32,000 nt of DNA from positions 390,001 to 422,000 of the forward strand of contig NC_014205.1 of the NCBI RefSeq assembly GCF_000092465.1, read 5' to 3'. Below the pieces are notes generated by a model that saw only the letters and a program-made list of their open reading frames with translations, did not search any database and was not told the DNA's origin. Numbering within the stretch: the first letter of the stretch is position 1; every line of letters begins with the position of its first letter. The position numbers and the translations under genes were made by a program. Source of the DNA: Staphylothermus hellenicus DSM 12710 (GTDB lineage: Archaea > Thermoproteota > Thermoprotei_A > Sulfolobales > Desulfurococcaceae). This document shows, one piece after another, positions 30,822-32,000 of the stretch.

Positions 30822-32000
30822 CTATTTCTTATCCTCCATAATATACTGTAGCATTTTATCCTTAATTCTATGTATGTCTATAATGCCTTTATCCCCTGAT
30901 CCAATTGTTTCCTCGGGATCATATATTGTGAACACACCATACCAGTCATGAACAGCATCATCGGGTCCTTTATCGTTTTCCTCTAGATACATGGTGTTCC
31001 AACCAATTGTTCCAGCAGCTCTCCAGCTTAGATCGTCGAAGTAAACCATCATATCAGGAGGATCCCCTTTAACTAGTGGGTATAGTTCTCGGGGAGTATA
31101 TGCTTTAGTGTTCCATACCTCACCATTTGGGCCCCTGATTTTTCTCAGCTCATGTTTTAGCTCCTCTATTAGTTCGGGAACATCTTTTGGCTCAACTACT
31201 CCATGGGGCTCCCTACCCTTAATATTTATGAAGAACCGGGAATAATATCCGCCCCAACCCCATACCTTGGTGTGCTCCCAATCTATCATGTTAGGCTTCA
31301 GGTCTTCGCCGGGTTTCTCCGGTTTCTTCTTAAGCTTTAAATATCCTTTTTCTTCAAGCCACTGATTAACAACAAATGCTCCCTTCATAGCTTTGGCTCC
31401 ATGATCTGAGACCACGAATACTAGTGTGTCTTTAGGTATTTTTTCTAGGAGCAAACCTATTTTTTCGTCGAGGAACTTATAGTAGTCGGGTATAATGTGC
31501 TCATACTTGTTTCCTGGAACATGTTTTGGATGGTTACGGTCCCAGTATTTCCAGAAAGCATGGTGTAGTCTGTCAACACCTATTTCAACAAACCATGCAA
31601 ATCCCCACTTCTTATTTGTTAACAAGTATTCTAGTACTTTGAAGTGTTGTTCCGTCATCTCCCATAATTCTTTAGCTACTTTGTCTCGATCCTCTATTCT
31701 GAATACTACATCGAATATGTAGGGCCCGAATCTATTCTCTATTTCTTTTTTAAGCCATGGCGGCCAAGTGTATCGTTTCGTATGGTCTGGTGTTATGAAG
31801 TCGCTGATCAAATACCCTTTTACCGGTCTTGGAGGATAAGATGGAGGAACACTTACTACAATACTGTTTACACCGTGTTTTCCAAGAGTATTCCATATAG
31901 GTTCTTCCTTAATCCGAGTTGAATCTGCAATATACATTTTATCATAACTGCCGAGAACTCTGTGTCTAAAACCATATAATCCCAGCTCTCCAGGGGTCTT
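30822..32000 (-). CDS. Alkaline-phosphatase-superfamily protein (type I phosphodiesterase/nucleotide pyrophosphatase-like, COG3379 type); 5' end beyond the right window edge
   Basis: 'VFVVSDHGA' is a metal-site motif. The frame stays open upstream of the track's ATG 31937 to the window edge (KTPGELGLYGFRHRVLGSYDK-MYIADS), so the gene is partial here. Confidence 0.7.
   Translation of the reverse strand, partial: KTPGELGLYGFRHRVLGSYDKMYIADSTRIKEEPIWNTLGKHGVNSIVVSVPPSYPPRPVKGYLISDFITPDHTKRYTWPPWLKKEIENRFGPYIFDVVFRIEDRDKVAKELWEMTEQHFKVLEYLLTNKKWGFAWFVEIGVDRLHHAFWKYWDRNHPKHVPGNKYEHIIPDYYKFLDEKIGLLLEKIPKDTLVFVVSDHGAKAMKGAFVVNQWLEEKGYLKLKKKPEKPGEDLKPNMIDWEHTKVWGWGGYYSRFFINIKGREPHGVVEPKDVPELIEELKHELRKIRGPNGEVWNTKAYTPRELYPLVKGDPPDMMVYFDDLSWRAAGTIGWNTMYLEENDKGPDDAVHDWYGVFTIYDPEETIGSGDKGIIDIHRIKDKMLQYIMEDKK

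Overview
AT-rich, gene-dense chromosomal segment with about 30 protein genes. By eye I found no rRNA, tRNA, CRISPR array, transposase or integrase. It looks archaeal, most likely a thermophilic crenarchaeon. That is an inference from GGTGA-type Shine-Dalgarno boxes 5-7 nt before operon-internal ATGs, TATA-like boxes, solute-binding proteins with Thr-rich stalks and membrane anchors, an Nre-family gene, and a CutABC-like molybdenum hydroxylase operon. All family calls come from motifs I recognise by eye; no database search was possible.

Left to right:
- divergent ZnuABC-like metal ABC importer (1-2429)
- DUF711/UPF0210 gene
- tightly coupled four-gene cluster of unknowns ending in a Pol-beta-type nucleotidyltransferase (3647-6494)
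- visibly more AT-rich wHTH + N6-adenine methyltransferase + putative endonuclease cassette (6573-8765), followed by a 428-bp non-coding scar
- molybdenum hydroxylase operon, FAD/2Fe-2S/MoCo subunits (9194-13051, minus strand)
- PLP cysteine-synthase-type enzyme
- FG-GAP propeller surface protein
- ABC-2 exporter pair
- small ferredoxin
- ArsR-HTH fused to a beta-helical repeat domain
- NreA + SplB-like radical SAM pair
- five-gene Opp/Dpp-type ABC importer (22523-29020)
- biotinylated carboxyltransferase subunit (PycB/OadA type)
- partial alkaline-phosphatase-superfamily gene at the right edge

Most worth a second look:
1. The uncharacterised hyp-hyp-Trx-like-NTase operon next to the R-M cassette.
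2. A recurring anomaly. In four places coding sequence that looks conserved is either cut by an in-frame TGA or cannot be reached from any in-frame ATG/GTG/TTG: small ORF at 5503, NTase 5' end, FAD subunit 5' end, second Opp ATPase 5' end.
3. The R-M cassette, of unknown specificity, with a palindromic operator-like promoter.
4. Several clean regulatory repeats in divergent promoters.

I cannot show that any of these is a new system. The strongest candidate is the 3647-6494 cluster.
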